DNA of 64,000 nt from Phaeosaccion multiseriatum. Taxonomy: Eukaryota; Protista; Ochrophyta, other classes. The translations under genes were made by a program, and so were the position numbers. A model generated the notes under the pieces. The model was given only the letters and a program-made list of their open reading frames with translations. It was not told the DNA's origin and ran no database searches. Shown piece by piece: positions 32,637 to 44,766 of this stretch (position 1 is its first letter; the number at the start of each line of letters is the position of its first letter). The DNA lies in contig OZ218959.1 of assembly GCA_965112735.1 (NCBI GenBank), forward strand, positions 1,860,001 through 1,924,000. Direction: 5' to 3'.

Positions 32637-35600
32637 TTGATTCTGAAAGGTGTCGTCCATCCAGGCCGCGGCCACGAGCGAAGGCTTCACGCTCATTAAG
32701 GGCCCCCCTGGGACAGGTACGTGTGTGTACTTGTCCCCCTACCGCGAGTATCCCCCGAGGACTGACTGCGAAAGAGATGAAACGAAAAGCCCCCCCTCTC
32801 TCTCGCTCTGTCTTGCCGTCTCTCTCCTCCATTTTCAGTCTGTGTTCCCACCTTTCTCCCTCCCTCCTTCCCTGCCCACCTCCCTGCCTGCCTGTCTACC
32901 CCCCTCCCTCCTTCCCCCTCCCTCGTCCGTTCTGACCCTCCCCCCCCTCTCTCTCTCGTTCTCCTTCCCTCCTTCCGTTAGGCAAGACAACGACCATCAA
33001 AGCCCTCCTCAACGCTCTGCACCAGCGCGAGTACAACCGCTACTACGAAGGGCTGCTCAGCGTGGCCAAGGTAAGTTTCAGTTTCAGTACTATATTCTCT
33101 CTCCCCCCCTCTCTCTCTGCATTCATCCATCCATGTACACACACACACACACGTCTGATCGTCCATCCGCCCATCCATCCATCCATCCATCCGCACACAT
33201 CCACGCCACTTACTAGCGGACATGTCCTTGTGTTGTCCTTCTGACCGTCTGCCCCGTCTGTCTGTCGAGACATACATGTTCGCGCCTTGGTTATCCGTCT
33301 GACCCACGTGCCTGTCGATCAATGCCCTTCCTCACAGGAGGAGCCTGGGCAGCAGACGGACGTGGCGTGGAGCCGCCTTAGCGAAAAGAAGCCGCACATA
33401 CTCGTAACGGCACCTTCCAATGTGGCCGTGGACAACATCGTGCTGCGCATTATGGAGGAGGGCTTCTTGGATGGCAAGGCAGAGAGGTGAGAGGGAGGGA
33501 GGGAGGGAGGGAGGGAGGGAGGGAGGGAGGGAGGGAGGGAGGGAGGGAGGGAGGGAGGGAGGGAGGGAGGGAGGGAGGGAGAAGATAAGTGAGAAGTGAG
33601 ATGTTTTGAGGCTCGTTCTTGCTAATCGCTTGCTACCTCTTGTCTCTCCTCTCCCCTCCACTCCCCTGCCCTCCCCTCCCCTCCCCTCCTCTCATCACTC
33701 AGGTACAACCCGTCGATCGTCCGCCTTGGCCGTAGCAAGGACGAGCGGGTCAGATCTGTGAGCGTGGAGACCCAACTCGACTCCATCACCCGCATGGGAG
33801 AGCGTCGCATGGGGCAGCGGTTGAGCCAGCTGAGGGCAGACCTCGATGCGGCGGCGCTGGCCGTCAATTACCATCGGAGTCGACTCCGAGCGTTACAACT
33901 GGCGGCGCCTTACCCTATGCCGGAAGGGTGCGTACGTTCGTTCGATTGAATCCACCTGAAGAGATCCGAAGGACTTGTGTAACCCCTCCCCCCTTCCTCC
34001 CTCCCTCCCTCCCTCCCTCCCTCCCTCCTCCCCTCCCTCCCTCCCTACCTACCTCCCTGCCTCTCTCTCTCTCTCTCCCTCCCTCCCTCCCTTCCTCCCT
34101 GCCTCTCTCTCTCCCTCCCTTTCTCCCTCCCTTTCTCTATCCCTTCCTCCCTTTCTCTTCCTTTCACGCTGTTCACTTCACACACCCCTTCCCTCCCTCC
34201 ATTTCCTGTGCACCACACCCCTTTCCCCGCAGGTGGGAAGTGCGAGTGAACGATGAGCTCAGACCGTACTTTGTCAACCACAGAGCCCACGCCACGCAGT
34301 GGGTCCCCCCCCCCCAAGCGCTCTCCGGACAGCCCACGGTAAGGCTGTAGTCCTTTAAGCGGGGCTCGTATGCGTTTGCCTTTGTCTTTGTTGCGTCCTT
34401 CCCAGTCTTCTTCACCTCAGTCCTCCTCCTTTCGTCTCACCCCTCCTCCTTAAATGTGCCCAAAGAAACATGACGCATGTTCGCCTCTCCACCCCCCCCC
34501 CCCCCCCGTAAACCTCCCATATGCCTCCAATATGCCCCCGCATATGCCTCCCACATGCCCCCATATGCCCCCCCATATGCCTCCCATATACCTCCAATAT
34601 GCCCCCTCGTATGCCTCCCGTATGCCTCCCATATGCCCCCTCATATGCCTCCCATATGCCTCCAATATGCCCCCTCGTATGCCTCCCGTATATTGCCCCC
34701 TCATATGCCTCCCATATGCCTCCAATATGCCCCCTTATATGCCTCCCGTATGCCTCGCTCCACACGCTTGCTCCCCAAGGTGCCCATCGAGGCCATGCCC
34801 GAGCACCAAGCCGCCTCCGACCAACTCCTCAAGGCCCTGGAGAGGCACTCCGCCGCTACCCTGGACGCCAAGCACATTCAGTTTGCGCTGCAGAACGCCC
34901 GCTCGGCCGGGGATCAGAACGTGCGGCAGCAACTCGAGGGTTCTCTCCTTGATCTCGCACATCTGGTGTTTACCACACTCAACTCGTCAGGTGCGTGGGG
35001 TGGGTGGGTGGGTGGGTGCGTGGGTGGGTGGGGTGTGCGTGGGTGGTTAGGTGGGGTGGGTGGGAGCGTGAGTGGAGGGCGATTGGTCTCCTACTTGACT
35101 TGATTGGTTGTAACTCCTCTCCCCATCCCCTCCTCCCTCCTCCTCCTTCTCCTCCTCCTCCTCCTCCTCCTCCTCCTCCTCCTCCTCCTCCTCCTCCTCC
35201 TCCTCCTCCTCCTCCTCCTCCTCCTCCTCCTCCTCCTCCTCCTCCTCCTCCTCCTCCTCCTCCTCCTCCTCCTCCTCCTCCTCCTCCTCCTCCTCCTCCT
35301 CCTCCTCCTCCTCCTCCTCCCCTCCCCCTCCCTCTCTCACCCTCCCCTCCCTCTCTTCCCCTCCCCTCCCCTCCCCGAAACCTCAAACACACTCCCAGGC
35401 CTGCCCTGCATGCAAAACACGGCGGATTTCGAAGTGCTCGTGGTGGATGAGGCGGCACAGGCTGTAGAGATGGCCACACTCATTCCACTACGGCTAGGGA
35501 GTCGTCAGTGTGTGTTGGTTGGCGACCCCAATCAGCTGCCCGCCACTGTCTTCTCCAGTGGAGGGAAGGTGAGGCGGGAGGGGAGGGGAGGGGAGGAGAG

Positions 35601-37589
35601 AGGAGAGGAAGGGAGAGGAGGAGGGGCGGAGGAACAGCTGGGGAAGAGGAAGAGTACTACCACTCAGGACTTAAAAAAGGGGGCTCTAGTGGTCGTCGGA
35701 GGCGACAGCTTAACTTTGGACACTCTTCACACCTCTCCATCCCTCCCTCCACTGCCATCCCTCCCGCCTAAACGAAACCCCCTCCAGGTGACCCAGTACG
35801 ACCGCTCTCTCTTCCAGCGATTGGAGCACTCCGGGCACCCCGTCTTCCTTTTGGACACTCAGTACCGAATGCATCCTGCCATCAGCGCCTTCCCACGTGC
35901 TGCCTTTTACGACTCCCAACTGCTGGACGGTGCCAATGTGTCACAGCCGGCCTACACGAAAGGGTTCCACGCCCACCCGGCTTTCAGACCCTTCACCTTC
36001 TTCGACCTTCACAGCGCTACACAGGAGAGGGAAGCTACCAGTTATAGGAACCCTGACGAGGCGGCGCTGGCGGTGAATCTGTACATGACGCTGAAGCGGG
36101 TGTTCAACCATGCAAGCAGTGGGGGTGGGGGTGGTGGTGGTGGTGGTGGGAGTGCGGAAGGTGGAGGGGGGGTGGCAGGAGCAGGAAGCAGCCACCAGCA
36201 GGAGCAGTTGGTGATGCAGCAGCAGCAGATAGTGGGAAGAGTCGGCATCATCACCCCCTACAACAAGCAGGTAAGGAGGAGGAGGAGGAGGAAGAGGAGG
36301 AGGAGGAGGAGGAGGAGGAGGAGGAGGAGGAGGAGGAGGAGGGGGGCCTCCGTGAGAAACTCCAGCACATAACTTGTATCTGGACCTTTCCCGACCTACC
36401 TACCTACCTACATATATACATACTGAGCTGCATCAAGCACCCCCTTGTGGTGGGGGAGGATGAGGCTCTTTCCACCAACACAACCACTCCAAACGACTCC
36501 AAACGACTGAACCTGACGAACGATTCCTGATTGCTCCCCCCCTTCCTCCCTACCGGTCTCTGTGGCCCTTTCGCCATCCACTACCATCCACTGCCATCCA
36601 CTCACTGTCCTTCGACACACGCAAGGCCGACGAGCTCCGCAGGCAGTTCGAACGAGCCCTCGGACCAGGTTATCCCAGTGAGGTGCGTCCGGCCATCAAA
36701 CTGAAACTGAACACTGTGTATTCCTTCCCCTCATAGTTGCTTCTTGAGAAGGGCGGGCGAGCGGGCAAGACCTTTTTCTTCTTCTATGTGTGATGCTTTT
36801 GCTTATCCCACTCCCTTCATTCGATCCTTCATTCGTTCCTTCATTCACCCCCTCCCCCCCCACCCACCCCCACCCCGCATTGTCTCGTCCTCCCTCGTGG
36901 CCTCTGCTCTTCGCTGCTCTTTGTGTCTTGTGCCTCCCTCTTCTGCCATGTGTGTCCCTCCGTTGCCTTGGCTGTGCGTTTACTTGGCTCCGAATGACCA
37001 ACAGGTGGAGATCAACACGGTGGACGGCTTCCAGGGGAGGGAGAAGGACATCATCATCGTCTCTCTCGTGCGTGCGGCTGCCAAGTCGGGCATCGGTTTC
37101 CTCGCCGACGTGCGACGCATGAACGTGGCACTCACGAGGGCAAAGTACGGCCTCTTTGTCATCGGGCGCAAGGAGACGCTCGTGGTCAATCCCCACTGGG
37201 CCAAGCTTATCGAACAGGCGGAGAACAGCCGGGCCATTGTCAGCGTCAGAAACCCTCACATGGATCTGATGCAGGCGAGCGCCGCTGCTGCGCCGGGGGA
37301 GGGCCAGGGCCAGCGGCAGGGGCAGTTGTCGAAGCAACACAGGAGCAAGCACCCGCCACCCCCGCCCCCGCCCCCGCCCCCCCCGCCGCCGCCGCCAGGC
37401 TTGCCGCTAAACTATGAGCAGCAGCTGCTGCCACCACCTCAGAAGCGGAAGAAGCAGAAGCAGAAGCGGCAGGAGCATCAGCAGCAGCAACAGCAGCGGA
37501 GACAAGGCGAGGGAGAGGGCACCCGAGCCGGTAGAGCCGCAGCACCAGCCGAGGAGAGGGGCGACGAGAAGGAGGAGGGAGAGCTTTGA
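28916..37589 (+). CDS. SEN1/senataxin-like UPF1-family (SF1) RNA/DNA helicase with an inserted WW domain
   Basis: FTLIKGPPGTGKTTTI, ILVTAPSNVAVD, VVDEAAQ, LVGDPNQLP, RSLFQRL, QYRMHP, IITPYNKQ, TVDGFQGREKD and RRMNVALTRAK. N-terminal TFSSAQDYIDTWSPL matches SEN1-type F.S..Y...F.PL. Multi-exon; some boundaries are approximate. Confidence 0.9.
34519..34755. repeat. Intronic ~11-bp minisatellite (ATATGCCTCCC variants)
   Basis: About 21 imperfect units are visible. Confidence 0.85.
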
Positions 37590-38162
37590 AGCGATGAAGC
37601 TTTGAAGCGAAGCTGCCCCCGGGGAGGCGGGCGGGCAACCCTTATTGACTTAAAGAGTGCGCAATACAGGAGGTACATGTACCTCCCACTTGGACAATCT
37701 GTGTTCTGTGCTCGGGCATCGCCCACCCCCTTTCTCGATGGTATAGATAATGTGACATGACAAGCTCTCTCTCGCTCTCTCTCTCTCTCGTTTCGTATGG
37801 TATAGATAATGTGACATGACATGCTCTCTCTCTCTCTCTCTCCCTGCGTGTCACGCGCCCCCCCCCCCGGTGTGAGACTCAATGGTGTAACAACTGGCGG
37901 CAAAAGGGTGGATACTGTTGGAGACAAAGGTGGTGGAGTGAGGCGTCGTCGCGCTGAGCGGTGGACGTTGCTTTACCAAGCGAGGTGTGAGATTGAAGGG
38001 TGTGAGAAAATTTTGACAAAGAGCACAGCACCAAGAGTTTGAGTTTTGACAAAGGTGTAAAGATATATTTCTAATTTGATATGCACAGAATCATGAGGGT
38101 GGAGGGGAGGGGCGAAAGAAGAAAAAAGCCCCCCCCCTCCTCCTCCCTTCATCCCCTCGGCT

Positions 38163-38302
38163 CAGCTGATCAGCTGCCGTCGCCCCGGCTTCCTGCTTCA
38201 AGCTTACTGGCCAGCATCGGCGACGCGTCCTGCAGCTGATCAGCTGCCGCCGCCCCGGCTTCCTGCTTCAAGCTTACTGGCCAGCATCGGCGACGCGTCC
38301 TG
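38163..38302. repeat. 70-bp tandem duplication covering the last psbO coding exon
   Basis: 38163-38232 and 38233-38302 differ by one base. Confidence 0.9.
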
Positions 38303-39387
38303 GATTTGATTGAATTTCATGCAGAGGGAGAGAGTAGTTGAGTGAGTGAGTGAGCTAGCAGTGAGTGCATTTGGAAGTGATTGTGAAGAGGAGACAAAAC
38401 CTCTCTCCACGCTGCAACACAAAACAACAAGAAAAACTCACCGTAGAAGATACCCTTGACGAGCATGTCCTTGGGCACCTTGGATCCCATGTCGGTATCT
38501 CCCTTCTGCTTGGACACAAACACTCCGCCAATCTCCCCGGCCTCGGTATCTACTCGGTTCACCTCAAACTCAATCTGGCCATCTGAGATATCGAAAGTCT
38601 TGTTGTTCTCCTTGAACATGTCATCGCCACCCTCCACACCTCCCTGCTGGCCCGGCAATGCAACAGCCATGTCGTATCCGGTGGATCCTCCGCGGCCCTT
38701 GGGGTCAAGGAAGAGACCAGTCCTGTATGACGGCACAGTGTACCCTCCACCGAACTGGAAGCCGGGCTTGATGGTGCTGCCTCCTGCGGCGGCCTTGGCG
38801 ACCAGGTTCTTGACGGTAAAGAGGAAAGGCACACGCTCGCCTCCGGGCAGCTGCACGGTGGTGGCCGCGTAGTCAATGCCGTCAGTCTCCTTCCATGTAA
38901 TCTTGCCGTCCTGCACGTCAAGAGGGCCCTCCACGCCGTACAGCGTGTACGTCTGCCGGGTCATGAGCTTGGTGTTGACAAACTCCTTCTGTGAGACCCC
39001 CTTCGCCTTGCCCGTCTCCTCCAACACCTGGAACACCTTGGGCTCAATGCACACGTCCTTCAGCACCTTCTTCCCACTGATGTTGATGCTCCCCTCCCCA
39101 ATCACCTCCGGGCAGCGGTTCGCCAGCCCAGTGCCCTTCACCTGCAAGTAGGAAAGCGAGTCGATCTCGCTCTTCGTGATGGCCTGCGCCGGGTTCATCA
39201 TGCTCCCGAACACACCGAGCGAAAGAAGGCCTGCGCCCAGCACCTTCTTGACGTCGTCCTGCACAGACATAGTCGTCTTCGGTGCCACGGGCGCCACACC
39301 CTTCACCCCAGCCCCCATGAAGCTGGGCTGGAAGGCCGTGGCCATGCCGACCGTGGCGAGCAGAGCGACTGCGGAGCACTTAACCAT
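38274..39387 (-). CDS. psbO: Photosystem II oxygen-evolving enhancer protein 1 (PsbO), nuclear-encoded with bipartite targeting
   Basis: YLQVKGTGLANRCP, LMTRQTYTL, DGIDYAATTVQLPGGERVPFLFTVK, PSYRTGLFLDPKGRG and DTDMG. Signal peptide ends ATA-FQ and the thylakoid signal ends AQA. Exons 39387-38442 and 38299-38274 (GRVADAGQ*). Confidence 0.97.
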
Positions 39388-39499
39388 CTTGAACGAGAGT
39401 GTAGGGGGGGTAAGGGAGTGAGGAAACAGGAATAAGGGTGCTGAGTGGATCGTTGAGGCGCAGAGATTTTACATGCGCTGAGGTCCCGAGGGGCAAAAG

Positions 39500-39516
39500 T
39501 TACGTAAATTACGCGT
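39500..39516. promoter_or_regulatory. Paired ACGT-type boxes (TTACGTAA-ATTACGCGT) ~113 bp upstream of psbO
   Basis: Palindromic TTACGTAA; the same motif sits at a similar distance upstream of the LHC gene. Confidence 0.45.
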
Positions 39517-39920
39517 ACCGTTAGGTTACCGAAGGTTGGAGGATTGGAGAAATAATGGCGCTGTGAGTTTCATATCAGGGTACATATGTATAAATGTGGT
39601 ATGGACATGGCCCCGTCCGGCAGTGCGGTGAGCAGGACTCGTTATCCTGACACCATCAATCCTCCAGGTCTGTTGTTCTACAAGGAGAAAAGGAAAAAAG
39701 GGGGGGGGAGGGAAGGAAGAAAAAGGGGGGAGGGGAGTAATGACAGGGAGTTGGAGCATCGACTCGTCTGCTGCGAGGGTGTGGGGAGGGACGCAGTTCT
39801 GTATTGTTTTGCTCTTCGCTTAGGTAGGGAGAGAAGCTGCCTCGGTAGGGAATTGTCATTGGTGATGACAGAGGTCCGCGTTGGTAATACAGCTTGCGCC
39901 GAGGCAAGTGTGCCACGGGA

Positions 39921-40102
39921 TCGACCCTGGACAAGGGTATCTGATTACTGATTACGGCCGGCGCCAGCCGGCCTGATTACTGATTATGGCGCCAGCCGGG
40001 CCGGATTACTGATTGGGCGCCAGCCGGCCTGATTACTGATTATAGCCAGCTGGCTGATTACTGATTATCGGCGGCGCACACTGTAACCTTGTCCAGGGCC
40101 GA
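39921..40102. mobile_element. MITE (182 bp), same terminal family as the 10152 element, 6-bp TSD ACGGGA, internal GATTACTGATT array
   Basis: TCGACCCTGGACAAGGGTA and TAACCTTGTCCAGGGCCGA are inverted at 17/19. ACGGGA occurs at 39915-39920 and 40103-40108. Confidence 0.85.
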
Positions 40103-41869
40103 ACGGGATGGTTGAGCAAGCCCTATTCTCTAATATCCTCGGGTGTGACATGGACTTATGGTACATCAGATTACGTATCAACTCATCTCGGAGGAGGAGC
40201 AGAGACAGACCGCCGCTCGCCGCCCTTCGCTCTGCTTCGCGCTCTCGCCTCTCTTCTGTTTTCCAGTACGTGACGGACCAGCCGCTCCTCCACCCCTCCT
40301 CCTTCATCCTACCTATCCCCCTACACACCCCTAATGCCAACCTCCACTACTTCCTCGGCCGCTGAACCTCTCTGGCCACACTACTTCCTCCGCTCTCCCT
40401 CCGGGGCGCAACTGATCACATCCTGAACTGAACAGCCAAGCCAGCCCATGATTATCACTCAAGAGGCTGGTGATATCGACTGTCCTTGCGGTGGTCGTCG
40501 TCCCGGTCAACATGCTGTGATCTGCTCCCCATCGTCTGCCATTTGCTCCTGCGCACTCAGTCAAAGAGGTCTTGCAGACAGGGCTCATCGAACAAGCGAG
40601 TACATACCTCCTCCTCCTCCTCCTCCCCCTCCCCCCCTCCTTCTCTCGTCCCTTTTCTTCTTTTTTTTCTCCTCCTCTTCTTCTTCTTCCTCCTGATCCT
40701 CCTTCTCCTGCTCCTAGTCCCCCCTTCTTCCCAGCTCCGAGGGAGAGGGGGCGGTGTATCAGGCCATTGATGGAGGAGTAGACGGAAAGGCTATACACTC
40801 TTTCATTTGGGCACCTCCTCACACCTCTTCCCCTCCACTGCCCTTCTCCCCCCCTTCTCCCGCATCCACTGCCATCCTTCTCGAACAACACTACTGCCCC
40901 TACAGCTGTATCACCAACTGCTGCTGCCGCTGCACTTCCAACTGATCGGCTGCGGAGACAGCGTGGTCGTGGTCTCCACCCCCCACGGCTTCGCGCCGGC
41001 ACAAGAAGAAGCCGGGTTCTCCCTTGTCGCCAGCCCAGTCGACGTCCGGCCACTGCTGCCCCCTCATCTCCTGAGGAACGAGCACTGCTAGCACTGCGAG
41101 CGCGGCTGCTGTATCACCAACTCCTGTCGGTGCTCCTGCTGCATCACTAACTGCCGCTGCTGCTGCTGCTGCAGTCCCACCACCAACTGATGCTGCTCAG
41201 CCTGCTCGACTCCCTCGAGGAACCGCCACAGGTCCTTCCGGCTCTGCTCCATGCCGGGCGGAGTGAGGCGGTGCGGCGGTTCCATCTTCACACACCCCCT
41301 TCCTCGAGGGGTAGCATGTCGCTCAGGAACTTCAACTTGAATGTGCGCAGCAGCGCAGTTCGCTCCGTCGGTCAGGGGGGGGAGAAATGGACCTCCGGAA
41401 AGAGTATATTCGGGCGTCCACTGCCTCTTTGCAGACCGCCTGTCTGCCGGCATTGCCTGCTCTCTCTGCAGCAGAGCACCGTTTGGCTTCAATGTTCTGG
41501 TTGCTCCTCTGGTTGCATAGTGGTTTGTGGGTGCGTGCGCGTCTGCACACCACCACCGTCCTCGTGTTGACCACTGCCGCGACCACGCACGCTCTCACGC
41601 AGAAAGAGGTGGGAGAGTATGCGATAGAAAAAGCCAGCCAAAGACAAAGGCAGCGACCAATGCAGCATGTCTGAATGACTCGCCGATCCTCCTCTTTACC
41701 CCCGCTCCTCCTTCTCTTCGGCCGTTCCCCTCACCTAGTGATACCGAAACTTTGCGTGCCATGAGTACTGCGCATAAGTTTGTACTCGGTTGTCTCGGTG
41801 AGCGCTGAGTGGTATCGAACTGAAGAGTAGAGAAAGGGGGGTGGGAGAGAGAGTAAGGTCTCCGTGGGA

Positions 41870-42074
41870 ACGCAGAGAAGGCTGAATCGAACAGCTTGGC
41901 CTCTCGACCACGACGGCTTTGAAGGCCGCCCCGAGAACCATCTCGGATCATCCTTGCCGCAGAAGGAGAGAGGAGGAGAGGAGGGGATATGAAAAGGAGA
42001 AAAGGAGCACGCAGAGAAGGCTGAATCGAACAGCTTGGGGGGCCTCTCAACCACGACGGCTTTGAAGGCCGCCC
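41870..42074. repeat. ~62-bp direct repeat pair upstream of the LHC gene
   Basis: 41870-41931 vs 42009-42074. Confidence 0.75.
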
Positions 42075-42126
42075 GATAACAGTACAAGAGGGGGGAGGAG
42101 GGGAAGAATGAAGAGACACGTATGGA

Positions 42127-42145
42127 TACGTAAAATTACGTAAAT
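42127..42145. promoter_or_regulatory. Paired TACGTAA boxes ~105 bp upstream of the LHC ATG
   Basis: TACGTAAAATTACGTAAAT. Confidence 0.45.
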
Positions 42146-42245
42146 GTACCCAGGGGGTCACACGAAATCCTTGAGGAGCGACATCTCTGACCTCATTCCC
42201 TCCTTCCTGTTCATCCTCTTTTTTCGCTCCACCAACCTATCGAAC

Positions 42246-43894
42246 ATGAAGCTCACGGCTGCCCTGGGAGCTCTGGCATTGGCCACCCCTGCCATGGGGT
42301 TCATGGCGCCCGTCGCGCCGGTGGCTGCGGGCAAGGCGGTGACATCGCGCTCCTCCACTTCGCTCAAGGCAGGCATGGAGGGAGGCAGCGTCCTCACCAG
42401 GGCCCGAGGCGATGGCATGTCTGCGGCCATCCCCTCCGACAAGCAGCCTGAGGGCCTGGACGGCACCATGGCCGGTGACCTCGGTTTCGACCCGTAAGTG
42501 TCGCAGAGGAGCAAGATTTGGTTGGATGACGTTTGCAACATGATTTGTTTTTGGGCCTTTCTGGAAGGCCTCTCCAGGAAGAGAGCAAGCAGCGCTGTGG
42601 AAGGCAGACGGCCATGGGCTATTTGGCTTCGTGGGACAGTAAAGGCGGCAGGGATGGGAGCAGCAGCAGCATGCAGGGAGGGGCGGGAGCAGCAACTGTG
42701 GCAAGCAGCAGTCGGAGGCGGTTTTCCAGGCTTTTTGACCTTTCATGCGTACTGACCTCAGCATGCATGTGTGGTCGTGCAGGCTGGCAGGGCAGCCAAA
42801 TCAGCAACAGCAGCAGCAGATAGTGAGGCAGCCTAGCCCCGTCCCTCTCTCTGTCCTCCCTACCCGCCTGTGTACCTCACTTAGCCTATCCTTCTCATTC
42901 TTCCTTCCCTCCCTGCCCCTCTCTTTCCACACCAATTGCAGCGCTGGATTCGCCCGCAACCCGCCAGCATTCGCCCCCGGGACTGGCGGAACCCTGAAGT
43001 GGTACCGCGAGGCTGAGCTGCAGCACGGCCGAGTGGCCATGATTGCCATTGTGGGCTGGCTGGTGCCTGAGTTCTACCACCTGCCCGGAAACGAGCAGTA
43101 CGGACAGGACATCTTCTCCAACACTGACCCCCTCGCCGCTGTGCACCAGGTACAGAAGAACAATCACGAAAGGAAGACTCGCCTCGTATTTTGTGTGTGG
43201 GGGGAGGGGGGGGAGGGTTGTGGGAGTGGGATGCAAATTTGCTTGCTGCTTGCTGCTTGCTGCTCCGGGCTTGCATTGCCATCGCTGGACTGAGGCAACC
43301 CACCCCACATCTCCCCCCAGCGGTTACTTTTCTCCTCTCCCCCTCTGCGAAACGTCCTACCACTGACGCACTGACCACCCACCCAACCTCTCTTTTGGCA
43401 GGTGCCCGGCGGAGGACTGTTCCAGATCGGAACCCTCATCTTCGGCGGGGAGGTGGCCCGCTACAGGAGGTGCATCAAGGGAACCAACGAGGCAGGAGAC
43501 ATGGGACTGGGACAGGGACCGGGAGAGAGGTACAACCCCTTCAAGTTCTGCTTCACCCCTGACCAATACGATGTCATCAAGCTGCAGGAGATCAAGCACG
43601 GCCGACTGGCGATGATTGCCATTATCGGAGCCATGATCCAGGCACAGTCCAGCCACATGGGCCCCCTTGAGCAGCTTGCCCCTGCCTTCAACATGCCCGG
43701 AGCCGCCACCAAGGCCGGCTACTTCTTCCCAGAGGTGGGTGTGGGCGACTGATGGGTGTCGGTGTGTATGTATGTGTGTGTGTGTTGTATTGTGTACGTA
43801 CGAGCTTCGCCTTCCGAGAGACATGCCAGCTCACCCATCTCTCCCTTGCTTGCTCCCCTTCTTCTCCGTTCTTCCTCCACCTCAGGGTCTTTAA
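42246..43894 (+). CDS. Light-harvesting complex protein (probably LHCR/PSI-antenna type)
   Basis: [21 protein letters not shown] and [10 protein letters not shown]; signal peptide ends AMG-FM. Exons 42246-42493, 42942-43149, 43402-43734 and 43886-43894 (GL*). Confidence 0.93.
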
Positions 43895-44341
43895 ATGGAA
43901 CGTCAACCCGCCCCACTTGCTTCCTAATCGGGGGAGGGACGGAGCGATCCCATCCCCGTGTACACATACCATAGATAATATATAAATTTTACAAGGGTTT
44001 ACGCTTTTTTGTTGTGTATGAATTTATTTTTATTTTATAAAATTGAAGCCTCCACACACACACAAAAAGAAAGAAACTCTCTGCACACTCACACACGGAC
44101 GGAGGGAGAGAAGTGAGAAATACTTTTGACACCTCATCATGGATCCAATCGAGAGAGAGGAGGTGGTGACCTGATGCTTGTCGTCGATCCAATCGAGAAA
44201 GGGGGACGCGAATGTCATGCTCGAGCACACACACACTCATTACAACGCTGTGTCTGTCCACGGTTGAAATGTGTCCTCTATCGTACCAGTATGTATAGTT
44301 TTAGGGGAATGAAGAAGAGATTAGGCACTGAAACCCCTACG

Positions 44342-44407
<66 letters not shown>

Positions 44408-44766
44408 CCGCCCATCCCGCCCCCAGTGAGTCACTGGAGCGATGGACCATCCTCTCATCTTCTCATCCTCACCCCTCACTCATGACAAGAGACATCATCC
44501 ATCCATCGTCAACGTCCCTTGCCTGGCATGAATAATCGTATCAGAAGAGGGCGCGCGGCCAGGGTCCCAGGGGGGCACACAAACCGCCCACCCCGCCCCA
44601 CCCCACCCCACCCCAACAAAAGGGCCTCTCTCCCCAGCAGCGCAGCTCTGTTCTGTTCTGTATTGCGCGACTCCCTGCCCGCTCCCCTCCCCCTTTTCTC
44701 AGTACAACCTCTAACTGTACAACCGTAACTGTACAAGTATCGTACTGTAACTGTTTCCTAACGTCC

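Noticed and set aside
39941-40066. GATTACTGATT repeat-spacer pattern as CRISPR-like
   Set aside because: The repeats are only 11 bp, the linkers are related to each other, and the array lies inside a TIR/TSD-bounded MITE.
40108-41700. Possible gene between psbO and LHC
   Set aside because: The composition is coding-like, but I could not build a consistent spliced frame or recognise a domain on either strand; left uncalled.
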